64,000 nt of DNA from a virus (Duplodnaviria; Caudoviricetes), in the IMG/VR virus record IMGVR_UViG_3300021255_002694; one strand, given 5' to 3'. Below the pieces are notes generated by a model, which saw only the letters and a program-made list of their open reading frames with translations, had not been told where the DNA came from and searched no databases. This document shows, one piece after another, positions 38,919 to 51,756 of the stretch. Both the position numbers and the translations under genes were made by a program. Position 1 is the first letter of the stretch. Every line of letters starts with the position of its first letter.

Positions 38919-41900
38919 TATGGATTTCACGAAGCTCATGATGATTACTGGAATGACTATGAAAGAACTTCACCAGATTCCGAAGGTTGCAATTTATAAC
39001 ATCATTAAGGTAATCAATGATCGTCTTGAAAATACATATGTAAGAAAAGATCAGAGAGATGAACTTGATTATCAGATCAAGTGCTATGAAGAACTTATGT
39101 TGACTGCAAAATAAAATAAGGAGTGATTAGATATGAAGGCATATACTGTTCATTATAGAATGTATCTCGCCGCAGATACGAAGTCGATTTCTTTCCTTGC
39201 AAAGAACAAACAGGACGCATATGATAAGGCAGTGTATGAGATCATTCCGAAGATGGAACACGAACCGCCGTATGAAGCATATGTGTATTCTGTAACTTAT
39301 CAGAACGGAAACCAGAAGATTTTTTAAGTGAGGTGTAATAATTATGACCAATGAAGAGAATATTTATCGTTGGATTAATGGTCATCTTAAAAGAGCAATG
39401 AAAGAGGCAGACTGGATTTGGTTTGACCATGTTAGTACCTGGAATCCTAATCACCATACAATCAAGGTCATTGTTGATAAGGAAAGAAATACTATTACGG
39501 TAATTAACACAGAAAATCCGAAAAGATTTGGCAAATCTAAATGCCGACCGGATGACAAATTTGACTATAAGTTCGGCGTGGCTCTTGCTTATGCAAGATA
39601 TTCCAAAGAGACAATTCCAGATTATATTTTAGATATGTGAGGTGTTAGCTATGCTTACATATGAAGAATGGCTTGAGGAAACAGGGAGAGAAGCTAATGA
39701 AGATTCTTACTGGGAGTATCTTGGTTACGTTGAAAATGCAGAAGAATCTTAATCATAGAGGAATGGAGTGCAATCATGAACACATATTACCCGATGGCAA
39801 CATATGATGGAAAGACTGATAATTTCCATACACTAACAACATATGATTCCCTTGATAGTGAGAGTGCTTGCATTGATGTGATCAGCAAGTGGATTTCTAT
39901 GGGATATAAGATTGATAGGTGTTGGATTCAAGAATATCTTGATTGTGTTGATGGTCCTATTGATATTGATGTAAAAATTTCTCCTAAAGGAACACCATAT
40001 ATTGTAACTGGTTGAATTGAGGTGTTATGAATGAATCTCGGCTATTTATCTCCATCTGGTAAGATGTATACATGTAGTTCCTATGGTCACATGGAACTCG
40101 CAACTAGGATTTGTAATACATATGAGAAACCAGTTTTTGAATTAAAAAATTCTTTAGATTGTGAATTGTATCTGCTTGATATTGGATATGTGTGTATAAG
40201 ATCGCGGTCTGTTGAGTATAGTGCATTCACAACTAGAAAATTCGGAAAATATTTTGGAGCAAAGGTATGTGTAAATCTACTAACTGACGCACAAAAAGAT
40301 TTCATTAAAAATCTTTTTGGAACAGACAGTTGGTACAACACAGATCAAATGGATGCCACACAAATGATTCTTGATTACGATGATCTTCTTAGAGATACAG
40401 AGTTTAGCGATGGAGAATTGATGAATCCACTAAATAGAAAGGAGTAATACAATGAAAACTGTGTGGGCTGTAGAAGAACTTGTAGACAAGAACACTCCAA
40501 TTCTTGTTGAACTATATCCAAGTAAATATGCAGCACTTAAAATGTTGCAGAAAGATTACTGTGGATTCCTTGAACGTAATGACGGTATTGTTACATTCAA
40601 TAAGGGAACTATGGATAGTCACTATGGCGTATTTAGACTTAGAGAAGTTCCTGTTATTGGATTAAATTAAAAAGGAGTTAATTATTATGAGAGTATATCT
40701 TAGAGATTTCAAGGTAGTCGAAGCTGCTGATATCTACATTAAAAATGTGTATAATGACAGAAACAGTACACCTACAGCAGTTCCAAAGTCTGTTGATGTT
40801 TATATAACATATTACGATCATTTCAGTAAGAATTACAATAGTTTGAAAATTGGTTCTTTCAGCGTGAACGAAGATAGAGATACATATGTAGATGTCATGA
40901 AGAAATACAAAGAAATGATCCTTGCTCCGATGCTTAGAAATGGTTATTGTGAATTTAATTTTCTTGGTAAGTATTGGACTGGTTACTGCGTTTAATTAGA
41001 TTTTTGATAATCGTGGTTGATTATATTCCTGAAAGTGAGGTTAAAACTATGGATATTAAAAATATGAATGAAGAAGAATTGATTGATGTGATGACTCAGA
41101 TTAAGGAAATCTGTAAGGAAGCACCTGACTGTGATGAATGTATTTTCTATAAACTTTATTATAACAACCCGACACAGGTTTGTCCTTTTAACCATGCACC
41201 TTTCCGGTGGAACTTTGAAGGCGGTGAAACATCATGACCAATTATGAAACTATTATGAAAATGACACCTGATGAACTTGCTTTGTTTCTTGGTAAGGTAT
41301 TTTGTCAGGGAGAGATTTACGGTGAACTTTTGAGATCAGATTATTACGGTAATAAGTTGATCACAGAAGATGAGTTGCACGAACAAACAGTTAAAGCACA
41401 TGCAAAAAATTATGTTAAGTTTCTTAAACAGGAGAATGAGTCTGATACTGTGAGAGTTCCTGATGTTAAGTATTGAATGAGGTTTGCTATGAATCATAAG
41501 AGTAATGAAAAATTAGATTCAATACTTTATCATATTTGTATGGCTTTGACTGTATTATCAGCCGTTCCGATCTTATATGGTGTTTTTGCAGATAACACAA
41601 AGATATTTTTTATTGGCATTGGTATATTTTCTATATGTGCGATATGTGCAGCGATAAATGATCCGCCATATTATTACGATGATAAAGGAGATTAAAATGG
41701 ATATTATCAAATTAAAAGATTGTACCGTAACAAATATTGATTCGGACATTACAAAATATGAAGCAAGATATTATTATGAAGTAGATGAGACAATTCAGCG
41801 CATTACTATGACATTTAGCGATGGAGAATCAGTTGATTTTGATTTTTATGAATATAAGGGAGTTTTTGGAAACGTGATCGGATTCTTCTATGGAAAAGAT

Positions 41901-44900
41901 TTCTCCAATATCACGAAAGAGAGATTTATTCAGATGTTTGTGAAAGAGTTTCAGTGTGAATGCTCATTGTACGATACAAATGATTGGGCTAGAGCGGTTT
42001 CCGGAGGTTGGAATGAAAATGAATAACAACTATATAATTACAACACAGAAAGAACTTGATGAAATAAATTCTCTTACAGAAGAAATTAAACAGAAAAAAC
42101 TGAAAGTAAGAGAAATGAACGAGAAGATTGTTGAAAACATCAATGAGATTCTTTTCCACACATTCAAACCAGATCACAAAAAGCCGGATATTGATGGTAT
42201 TAAAACAACTAGACGGTTTTCTGATGTAGGTACATTCTACTTCACAAGAAATAAGTTGTTTGAACGTCATAAGAAATTATATGATCTTTTTGTATCTTGG
42301 AATGGAGAAGATGAAAAACTATATACAACACACGATGATGTAGATGAACCCAATCCGGTATACAGAGAGAATAAGTATATTCCGCTGTATGTATCTGTGG
42401 ATGTAAACTATGCTGAACGAACAAATGAAATAACTATTCAGGTTAGTGCGGAACTTGGTGATGTGAGAGATTGGTTTGCATTTACTCTTGTTTCCGAAAA
42501 CACATTTAGTATGCTTGATGGTCGTGATTGGGAACATGTGGACGGTAAGTACACAATGTCAGATGTAATTGATTTTATCAGATGGTATATTGATAATTCT
42601 GTTGAGGTGTAATTATGAGTATCATAACACTTGGAGAAGTTGAAAAACTGAAATTATATAGAGATATTGAACAGGAGTACAGAGCTAAACGCCGAGACAT
42701 GCAACATCACATTTTACAGAAAATGGAAGGAACATTTGTATACGGTATCGGATTTGACAATATTGAGCGATTAGATGTTGAGGATGACTGCGTAGAATCA
42801 TCATTTGATCTCGGTAAAAAATACTATAACAAAAATGATTTCATGAAAGATCACAATGATCTTTACGAACTATTTATGTGTGCAGAATATGCTGATGGTG
42901 CTGTAAATCCGTTTCTTTCTGACGGCAATTTGATTGAAATTTCCGTTAAGATCAAACTATATTTCTATTCAGCAACAGCAGGACCACAAGTACATGTATA
43001 TCTTGGTTTCGATAATGTTGGAGAACTACTTTTAAAATTTACTATCTGCGAAGATAGTCAAAACAAGTCTGAAACAGAGACATTTGATACATGTAGCGAA
43101 GAACATGTTGAAGATTTTATAAAGTGGTTCTGCGAACATGACGTTTTTAAGCTGTAATTTTATACGGGGTGAGTTACATGGGTAGATACTATCTTTGTTG
43201 GATTGATCTAAGAAACGGTAAACACATAAAACAGAGCTTTGATACAATGTACGAGCGGTGGAGAACGGACAAATGGTTGCGCGAAAAACATTATGGTACA
43301 CATATTGTTTACTATGATGCTGAGACTGGGAAATACGGATTCGATTATTCGGAACACACCGATGAACTTTTACAAGAACGAAAAGAATTCTTTGAACGCA
43401 GAAATGCGGCTAAGAATGAAGAAGAAAGTCATAAAGAAGAAACATAACTTGATCATTACAAGGAGGAATAAATATGAAAGAATATTCGCAAATCGCTAAC
43501 CTGCTTGGTGGAAGTGGTGTTGACATTAAAAAGAGAAAAGAGATTCTTCAAATTGTAAAGAATCTTTGCGAGATGTGTGATCATGCTGACAAGTATTGGA
43601 CACAAGCTGTAGAGGAAAATCAGAAACTTATAGAGAGAAACAATGAACTTGAAAAGAAACTTGCAGAAGCAGTAACAGGAAAACCTGATTTCGGTAAATA
43701 TGCTTATCTTGTAGAATCTGAAAGCTATAAGAAACTTGAAAAGATCAGGGAGATTCTTGAACCTGATTCTGATTCATATGATTATGAAGATTGGGGAGAG
43801 GATAGGTGATAGTATATGACTCAATTTCTACCTAATGAAGCTAATCAAGCATTTGAAGCAACAAATGGTGATCCTACTGTAGTACAGACACTTGTTGCAT
43901 TACTTTATTCCATTGATAGACTTACAAAATATGAGTGGGAAGCACTGTTTTATCTTCTTAGAAGTACATACGGACTAAGCGAAAAGATGTTTGCAAAGAT
44001 TTTCTTACATATTTCACTAGATCAAGATTATTCTGATTTAGAGAATATTTCACAAAGTAATTAAAAAATATTTAATATAGAGGTATTGAAGATGGATAAT
44101 AGATGTGATGAATGTGTAAATAAAAATGCATGTGATGAATGCAGAGAAAATCCTAAGTGGGCAAATGTTCCTAAGTTTTCTCAATTTATGGCTTATATTC
44201 CAACTTGTCCTAGAGGATATGTGGACTGTGTTCGTGATCCGGCATATACTAAATATCATAATCCTGAATGGTACGCAAAAATCTATGGTAATAAAACACC
44301 GGAAGAAGCATCTAAGACAGGAAGTTGTCAAGAGGCATTTGAGAATGATCCAGATGAAGAATACTATTGCTATGATGATGAGGACAAATAAGCATGAAAA
44401 TTTTAACAGAAAAAGGAATTAGAGAAATTATCAGCATTAGTCTTGATGATAGCAATGATGATAAGTTTCTTATTGTTGCAGAGTGGTTTGAATATACTGC
44501 AAACGGTTGTTTTACAGCGAGAAAAGAACCTATTGCATATTTCCCTATTCGATCTGAATGGGGAGATGATGATAAACATAGAGCGCGTGATACTTTTGAT
44601 GAAATTTGTGCTGATATTATTGAAAAAGATATCGCAAAAATTTTTGAATATTATACAAACTGTCACTCAATTCTAGTTAAGTGAGGTATTCATATGGAAA
44701 CGAAAACAGTTAGAAGATATATAGCAAAGAGTAGCTTACCTGATGGTGATTGGATGACACAAGCTGCAAAGGGGTATAGTAATATTCCAGAGGGTGAAGA
44801 GGTTAAATTTGTAAGGGAATTCAGTAATTTCTATGGTTGGTGGGTTGATGTTGCTTGGGGCGGCAGAAGATATGATGTAAGGCATAGTGATTTAATTGTA

Positions 44901-46550
44901 AGAGAAGAAACAAGAAATATTCTTGATGCTCCGGAACCAAACTGCATTGCTGATTTCAATAAATCAAAGATAAAAATGATCGGAAAACTCGCACTTATTG
45001 ATAATAATAACAGCAGTATTGATTCCGGCATTTGGCTTGCAAAAACAAATGATAACAGTATTATTTATGTTGATCAAGCTGATTGTTCACAATTTTATAT
45101 TGTTGTTTCTTCTGAGGATAAACCATTTCAGCATAATGCAAATTCATATTGGTAATGTAAAACGGTTGTCTTATTTAATTGTGTAGATTGGTATGATTAA
45201 ATAAAAAGGAGTTAATAATTATGGGTTTTGTTTCTGAAAAACAAACTTATTATATCGTAGATCGTCTAAAAGATATTCTTAATTCATATCAACTATTTAC
45301 TGAAAAGAGTGAGTATGAAGAACTTAGTGATGATGATAAAGAACTTATTAGTTTAACAAAAGACCTTCTTGCAATTCAATCCGGCATTATCTCAAAAGAA
45401 CTTGAACAGATTGCTCCACTAGAAGTGCTTTGTGATGAAACATACTTTGATGTCGAAAAAAGCATCTTTAATGCATATCAGAGATTGACAAAGATTTTAA
45501 TTTTTGGTAAAATACTTAAAAGGAATGATGTAAAATGACTATTAAAGAACTTATTGATATTTTGAAAGAAAATGACATTGATCTTAATTGTACAGTTGAG
45601 TGTGATACTGCTTGGGAATGTGGCGCAGTAAGTGTTGATGATATTTTCTATGACAATAGTAAGAAAATCATTTATCTTGCACAAAAATATACAAATCTTG
45701 AACACTTTGTAGGGTGCATTCATTTATATGGTGATCATGTAGAGCAAACAGGATATAGATATGATTTCTATGTTGATCCTGAATCAAAGATTGTTCTACA
45801 AGGTGAAGATAAGTTTCCTGAAAAGAGTACAGAAATTCCGTCTATATTCTTTGGATAAAATAAGGTGATATTGTGAATTTGTATTGATGGAGTGCTTTTG
45901 AGATGAAAAAGAGTTGTGATTCTGAGTACATCAGATTGAAAAAGAAAATTTCCGATCTTAAAAATAAAATGCATATTTCACATTCAAGATCACAGTTTAA
46001 GAAATTACAAGATGAATTAACATTAGCAGAGAATAAATTAAGAGAATATCAGAAAGGTGCGATTGTGGTTGAAAAAGCTGATTAAAGGTGATGCAAAAAT
46101 GAATTATTTAGGATGTACTGAACAGTACAAGTGCAATGATTGCAATAATTCTTTTGAGTTTACATGGAATTCCGCTGTTAGTCCTATTCCGGAAAATGTA
46201 ACATGTCCAAAATGTAATTCAAAGAATGTAGTAAAAACAAGCAACATTTGATTTTATGGATTGAATTTAGGTGAATTAGAATGAAGAAAATTATTTTATC
46301 TTTTATCGCGGTAGTAGCTATTCTTTCCCTTACAGGATGTGGGAATGATTATAGTTTTGAACCGTGCTATGCAGAAGTGAACGGAAAATTATATGAGATC
46401 ACATCTTATGTTAAAAGTTCAGTCGGAACAGTTACGCTATATCTAAAGGATGGTTACACTTTCACAACGAGTGATGGTAGTGTTGTAACGTCTCATACTA
46501 TTTCTACATCCTGTGTAAATGTTATTATCTATACTGATTGCGAAAATTAG
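38919..46550 (+). other. early operon of about 25 small hypothetical genes (incl. a 33-aa ORF at 39651..39752, tandem paralogs 42019..42612 and 42615..43157, Zn-ribbon ORF near 46099..46251, lipoprotein-like 46281..46550)
   Basis: Contiguous + ORFs, each with a GAGGTG/AAGGAG RBS; lipobox LSLTGC in the last gene; no other recognisable domains. Confidence 0.7.
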
Positions 46551-46602
46551 TAGATAGTAGAAATCACGGTAGATATGTTTTCTTATAAGTTATGAAAAAT
46601 GC

Positions 46603-46631
46603 TTGACAAAAACAAATAAATGTGGTATACT
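46603..46631 (+). promoter_or_regulatory. early promoter
   Basis: TTGACA-17-TATACT with TGTG extension. Confidence 0.88.
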
Positions 46632-46696
46632 ATATGTACGTAAAGTTGATTGATTGAAACTAATGAAGTGCATCAAATTATTTGAGGTGATTATAA

Positions 46697-47122
46697 TTGA
46701 GAATGTCAGAACATGTTGAAATTAAAGAACATGGTAATACTTATGAAGATATCACATTTTGTCCTGAGTGCGGTTGCAGAAAAAGCACGATAATTAAAAA
46801 AGACACATATGTAGATGATAAGCCTTTTCTACTTATCTTTAATAGATATGGTGATGGTAAGACATATAGGTGCAATGAGTGCGGATGTAAATATGTAGTT
46901 TGTAATCTTGATAAAGTAGAATTGAGAAAAGCTAAAGGTTTCGCAAGTGTTGTATGTGTATGTTTTGCGTGTATTTTAGTCATAGTTGCACTGGTCATAC
47001 TATTCTGCATGTTTGGTGATCTCATTTCATCAAAAGGGATGCTTGAATTTTTTAAACATACAGTTTTATGTGTACTATCAACTATATCAAGTGCTTTCTT
47101 CTTTTACATTGGGCTTGATTAA
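46697..47122 (+). CDS. Zn-ribbon plus two-TM membrane protein
   Basis: CPECG..CNECG followed by two hydrophobic segments. Confidence 0.65.
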   Translation: MRMSEHVEIKEHGNTYEDITFCPECGCRKSTIIKKDTYVDDKPFLLIFNRYGDGKTYRCNECGCKYVVCNLDKVELRKAKGFASVVCVCFACILVIVALVILFCMFGDLISSKGMLEFFKHTVLCVLSTISSAFFFYIGLD

Positions 47123-47251
47123 AGTATCAGCAACTCTTTCAAGTGTAGCTTTATTCGTTCAACACTTTGAATAGGATAACATACTGTCAGGTCTTTCGTT
47201 TATTTGTACAAATCTGTTATTTTTATAACATAAAAATAAAGGAGAAAAATC

Positions 47252-47896
47252 ATGGATAAATTTTTTCTGAGTGATAAAACAAAAGAACTTTTTAGAAAAG
47301 TGTTCATGCTCCGAAAGTATCTGACAGCAGATATTGATACTGGTGGAGAACTCATAAACCTTTTAGAGTCAAGTACATGGTCTATTGAAATACCAGATGA
47401 CAAGTTCACAGGCAAGGACTTCAACGCATGTCGATGGATGAAATTTGGAAATATTGCGATCAATTTTTGGGAAATGAAACTTAGAACAAACAGCGGAGAT
47501 CATTGGTACAGAGTTGATTGCGGTTGGAGTGGCGGTGACATTGCCAGAGCTATTCAGGATGAAAGAGAGGGTTTTGAGAAGTGGAGAACGGAATTCATGA
47601 AGAATATCCACGAAATCAAGCCCGAGATTATAAATGACAAATACATTGTTCCGGTCATGGTAGACGAAAAGAAATGCATTTGTCCTAAGTGTAACAAAGT
47701 TCTATCAAAAGTCCGCACAAGACATCCATCTAATGTTTACTGGTGGGGCGAAGATGAGGCATATGGTTTTAATTACGGATTCCTCTGCCAGAACTGCGGT
47801 TTTGAGAATACAGTCGAAGTTGATCCATATGATGATAAGTACAGGACAAGAGAACATTTTTGGCAGAGTCTTGAAGTAAAGTTGCTTGCAAAGTAA
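47252..47896 (+). CDS. hypothetical protein with Zn ribbon
   Basis: AAGGAG RBS; CPKC..CQNC. Confidence 0.7.
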   Translation: MDKFFLSDKTKELFRKVFMLRKYLTADIDTGGELINLLESSTWSIEIPDDKFTGKDFNACRWMKFGNIAINFWEMKLRTNSGDHWYRVDCGWSGGDIARAIQDEREGFEKWRTEFMKNIHEIKPEIINDKYIVPVMVDEKKCICPKCNKVLSKVRTRHPSNVYWWGEDEAYGFNYGFLCQNCGFENTVEVDPYDDKYRTREHFWQSLEVKLLAK

Positions 47897-47955
47897 TATG
47901 TATAAAATGCGACACAGTATGTGTAATAGATAATATAAAGTGGGTGTGAATGTAT

Positions 47956-48423
47956 ATGAAAAAGACAGCAGATATTTTCGCAGAAGAAAATGCATATCTT
48001 CTTGATAAGAAATATATTGATTGTTTGGAACGTAACTATCATCTTTGCAGTTTAAGCGAAAGATCGGTGAAAACATCATGTGGATGCATGGTGCTTCATT
48101 TAATGACAGTTGGATGCTGGCATCATGATCCGTATGATTACGGTTTGCATGAATACGAAAAACATTTTCCGGAAGAAGACCTAAGTGCCTGTAAAACTTA
48201 TATTAAAGCATTTTTCGATGCCCCTGATTTTAACTACTATGTAGCAAGCAAATTTCCGGCAACAGAAGAAGGCTTTGAGTCGGCTTGTCATTGGCTTGAC
48301 AATAAACGTGAAATGCTCATGGAAAGGATCACAGACTGGTTTGATACTCCTAAAATTGTGCGTGAATATTCAGATACCGGAAAAGAATCTGTAATAAGTG
48401 TAACAAAGTCAAGCACTCTGTAA
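47956..48423 (+). CDS. hypothetical protein
   Basis: GGGTG RBS. Confidence 0.65.
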   Translation: MKKTADIFAEENAYLLDKKYIDCLERNYHLCSLSERSVKTSCGCMVLHLMTVGCWHHDPYDYGLHEYEKHFPEEDLSACKTYIKAFFDAPDFNYYVASKFPATEEGFESACHWLDNKREMLMERITDWFDTPKIVREYSDTGKESVISVTKSSTL

Positions 48424-48457
48424 AATTCAATTTGATGTGATATTGTTCAATATAAAC

Positions 48458-48488
48458 AAAAACCTCACATATTATTTGTGAGGTTTTT
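48458..48488 (+). terminator. intrinsic terminator
   Basis: AAAAACCTCACA / TGTGAGGTTTTT. Confidence 0.82.
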
Positions 48489-48511
48489 CTATGAAAAATA
48501 TCGAAATATGC

Positions 48512-48549
48512 TTGACAAATCAGAATAAATATGATATACTATATTTACA
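48512..48549 (+). promoter_or_regulatory. early promoter upstream of the R-M/CRISPR island
   Basis: TTGACA-17-TATACT-ATATTTACA. Confidence 0.88.
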
Positions 48550-48582
48550 AGGTTAATGGAAAGCATGTGAAAGGAGAATAAT

Positions 48583-49639
48583 ATGACTAATACGAATAAT
48601 TTTAATGTTGGAGATATCGTGAAAGAATATAATGCCTATGGCGAATGCTATGGCTTTCGCAAGGTAGTCCGCATTCGTCTTGATAATGGTGGATTTTATA
48701 AGGCAGATGGAACATCGGTTGCTACAACGCCTGGTTACGGCAACGGTTGGATTGTGAAGGTTGAACAGGAAAACGAAAAGTGAGGTAAATTACCATGACA
48801 ATTACACAGATTAAGATTCTTGGAATCCTTGATTATTGTAATGATGATCTCATGACGCACATTGTACATTATGTTGATGATACTATCAACAAGGAATTCA
48901 AGATTGAGATTGTTCCGAAGGATGGAGTTACATTTTTCCGGATTATTGTAGACGGAGAGTTTGTCAAACGAACTGTTAGCAATATAATCAATCTGATCAA
49001 TAATCTTATCGGAAATTCAAACTATGACGCAGTACAGGTCATCCTTACTTTTGACGGCGGAGAAAAGAAGAAGTATAATGTTGAGGGAGATCATGATATC
49101 GTTATCTGATCTATACTGAAAGTGAGGTAAAAGAAATGTCTAAGATCATTAAATTCTATAACACTCTTCACTGGTTTGCATATGGCGAAAATAGTGAAGT
49201 CAACCTTGATTCAAGACAGTTTGAATTTTATGGTGATCTCTATGATGCACTTGAAGCTGACGATACAGACCTTGCTTCGTATGCAGACAGCTATCATGGT
49301 GATACATATTATGAAAAGCTGATCTCCACAAAAATCACATGTGAAAAAATCAACAATACTATTTTCGGCGTTGCTGAATGTGAAGTATCTGATGACTGGA
49401 CAGACGATGATACTGAACAGTTGAAAGAATACCTCTCCGGACAGTATAGTGATGGTTGGGGTGAGGGCTTTGAACAGCGCGAAATCGCATCCTATGAAGA
49501 AGAAGATGAATTTTGGGATGACGAAGATGAAGAATACTACTATGATACCACAACATATTATGTTTACGTGTCTTTCTGGCAGTGTATCGGTTTCAAAATC
49601 ATGACAGAAGATGAACTGAAAGAATATATTGGAAAGTGA
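48583..49639 (+). CDS. three small genes (48583..48783, 48795..49109, 49136..49639); the last carries the GQYSDGWGEGFEQ motif seen in Firmicutes mobile-element proteins
   Basis: RBS-preceded ORFs. Confidence 0.65.
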
Positions 49640-49650
49640 GGTAATGTAAC

Positions 49651-51717
49651 ATGTTCGATCTTTATGAGAAGAAAGAAACAAAGTCTAAAGCAACTAATGG
49701 TAATTTGCATAAAGCAAAAGTAAATAAAAACGATGAATTCTATACACAGCTTACAGATATTGAAAAAGAACTTATGCACTATAAAGAACATTTCAAGGAT
49801 AAGATCGTATACTGTAACTGTGATGATCCGGAGTGGAGTAATTTCTGGAAGTATTTTCACCTTAATTTTGCACACCTCGGCTTGAAGAAATTGATCGCAA
49901 CATTTTATCATATCGGAGCATCCGTATATAAAATGGAATATACTGGTGGAGATGATAATAATATTTCTGCCGGAGTTAAGATTCCTCTTACTGGAAATGG
50001 TGATTTCAGATCGGAAGAATGTGTTGAAACTTTGAAAGAGTCTGATATTGTGGTTACTAATCCACCGTTTAGCTGTTACTCTAGCGATACTGAGGTCATG
50101 ACAAATAACGGCTGGAAACTGATTAAGGATGTTGACATCTCAACTGATTTAATTATGTCTCTGAATCCAGATACACATGAAATTGAATTTGTAAAAGCAG
50201 TTGACTTTATAACAAGCCCTGTAAATGGAGAACTTTATCACTATCAGTCAAGAAACATGGATTTCTGTGTTACTGGAAATCATAATATGTATGCTTATTA
50301 TAAAGATTGTCATGATGTTCCTAGAAGCATTCCTCTTGTAGAAGCTAGTTCCGTCAAGAAATCTTACATGCTTCCCATTACTGGCTTTTCATGGAGTGGT
50401 AACGATCAGGAATATTTTGTATTGCCAGAAACAAAGCAACTTGAACAATATACAAGAAAAGAAATCACTGTTCCGGAAAAGATGATCCCGATGGAAGATT
50501 GGCTTGAATTTTTCGGATTTTATCTTGCAGATGGATGTTATAGAGATCATATAAATTCACTCGGAAAAAGAGACTATACAATTTCAATTAAGCAAAATGT
50601 AAGCAATGAAGATTACGTGATTGATCTTATCCGGAGAATTGGATTTGATGCAAGAATCAGTGCAGGAAGTTCTGATTCCAATAAGAATTATAGTATCTAC
50701 TCAAAACAGCTTTGGGAATACTTGATGCAGTTTGGAAGAAGCCAGGATAAATATATTCCAAGAGAATTTCTCGATCTTGATGTAAAGTATCTCAAAGCAC
50801 TGTATAAAGGGTATACAAATGGCGATAGTTCTTTGTGTGCAGACGGTCATATTCACTTTTCAACTGTATCTGAAAAATTGATTTCAAACATTCAGGAACT
50901 TATCTTGAAAATTTTTGGACGCATTACACAAGTTAGAAAGTCTGTGCGTAAACACTCCTATGATGATAATTATGGAACATGTTACAGTATTAACGTAAAA
51001 CTAGATAAAAATAGAGATAACTTTAGTAAATATGTAACACCAAAAATGATTCCATATAATGACAATGTGTACTGTCTTACACTTGAAAAGAATCATATTA
51101 TGCTTGTTAGACATAATGGTATTATCGGGTGGTGTGGAAACTGTTTTAGAGATTATGTTGCACAGTTGATGAAGTATGAGAAGAAGTTTCTGATTATTGG
51201 AAATGTGAGTGCAATCACATATAAAGAGTTCTTCCCTTTAATTAAAAATGGAATGGTGTGGATTGGTCAATCAATTCACTCTGGAGATAGAAAATTTTAT
51301 GTTCCAGACTCGTATCCATTAAATGCATCTGGTTGTGGAATTGATGAAAATGGAAAAAGATACATACGAGTTAAGGGTGTTCGTTGGTACACTAATATGG
51401 ATTATGCTAAAAGGCACGAAAAACTTGTATTGTATAAAAAGTATGATTCGCAACATTACAGTAAATATGATAATTATGATGCAATCAACGTAGATAAGGT
51501 TATAGATATTCCTGTTGACTATGACGGAGTTATGGGTGTTCCTATCACTTTTTTGGATAAATACTGTCCTGAACAATTTGACATAGTGGATATAAACCCA
51601 CACTTTTTTAGCATTATTGAGCAGGGGCTACCTAAACCGAAGCAGCTAACTTTGCATAGTGTAGGAAAAAAAGATCCTTATGCCCGTATTCTTATACGCA
51701 AGAAAGTAGGTGCTTGA
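49651..51717 (+). CDS. EcoRI-family adenine-specific DNA methyltransferase, intein-containing
   Basis: NLHKAK..KNDEFYT, VYCNCDDP, GNGDFRS.EC, IVVTNPPFS|intein|CFRDY..QL, KFLIIGN, YDNYDAINV, MGVPITFLDKY. Confidence 0.9.
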   Translation: MFDLYEKKETKSKATNGNLHKAKVNKNDEFYTQLTDIEKELMHYKEHFKDKIVYCNCDDPEWSNFWKYFHLNFAHLGLKKLIATFYHIGASVYKMEYTGGDDNNISAGVKIPLTGNGDFRSEECVETLKESDIVVTNPPFSCYSSDTEVMTNNGWKLIKDVDISTDLIMSLNPDTHEIEFVKAVDFITSPVNGELYHYQSRNMDFCVTGNHNMYAYYKDCHDVPRSIPLVEASSVKKSYMLPITGFSWSGNDQEYFVLPETKQLEQYTRKEITVPEKMIPMEDWLEFFGFYLADGCYRDHINSLGKRDYTISIKQNVSNEDYVIDLIRRIGFDARISAGSSDSNKNYSIYSKQLWEYLMQFGRSQDKYIPREFLDLDVKYLKALYKGYTNGDSSLCADGHIHFSTVSEKLISNIQELILKIFGRITQVRKSVRKHSYDDNYGTCYSINVKLDKNRDNFSKYVTPKMIPYNDNVYCLTLEKNHIMLVRHNGIIGWCGNCFRDYVAQLMKYEKKFLIIGNVSAITYKEFFPLIKNGMVWIGQSIHSGDRKFYVPDSYPLNASGCGIDENGKRYIRVKGVRWYTNMDYAKRHEKLVLYKKYDSQHYSKYDNYDAINVDKVIDIPVDYDGVMGVPITFLDKYCPEQFDIVDINPHFFSIIEQGLPKPKQLTLHSVGKKDPYARILIRKKVGA
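50074..51141 (+). mobile_element. intein with LAGLIDADG homing endonuclease (356 aa)
   Basis: Block A CYSSDTEVMTNNGWK; block B VTGNH; FFGFYLADG and LYKGYTNGD blocks; C-terminal VYCLT..NH.MLVRHNG..GWCGN followed by Cys+1. Confidence 0.9.
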
Positions 51718-51756
51718 TACGCATGTGGATAATAAAATATTTGAAAGGAGTAAATT

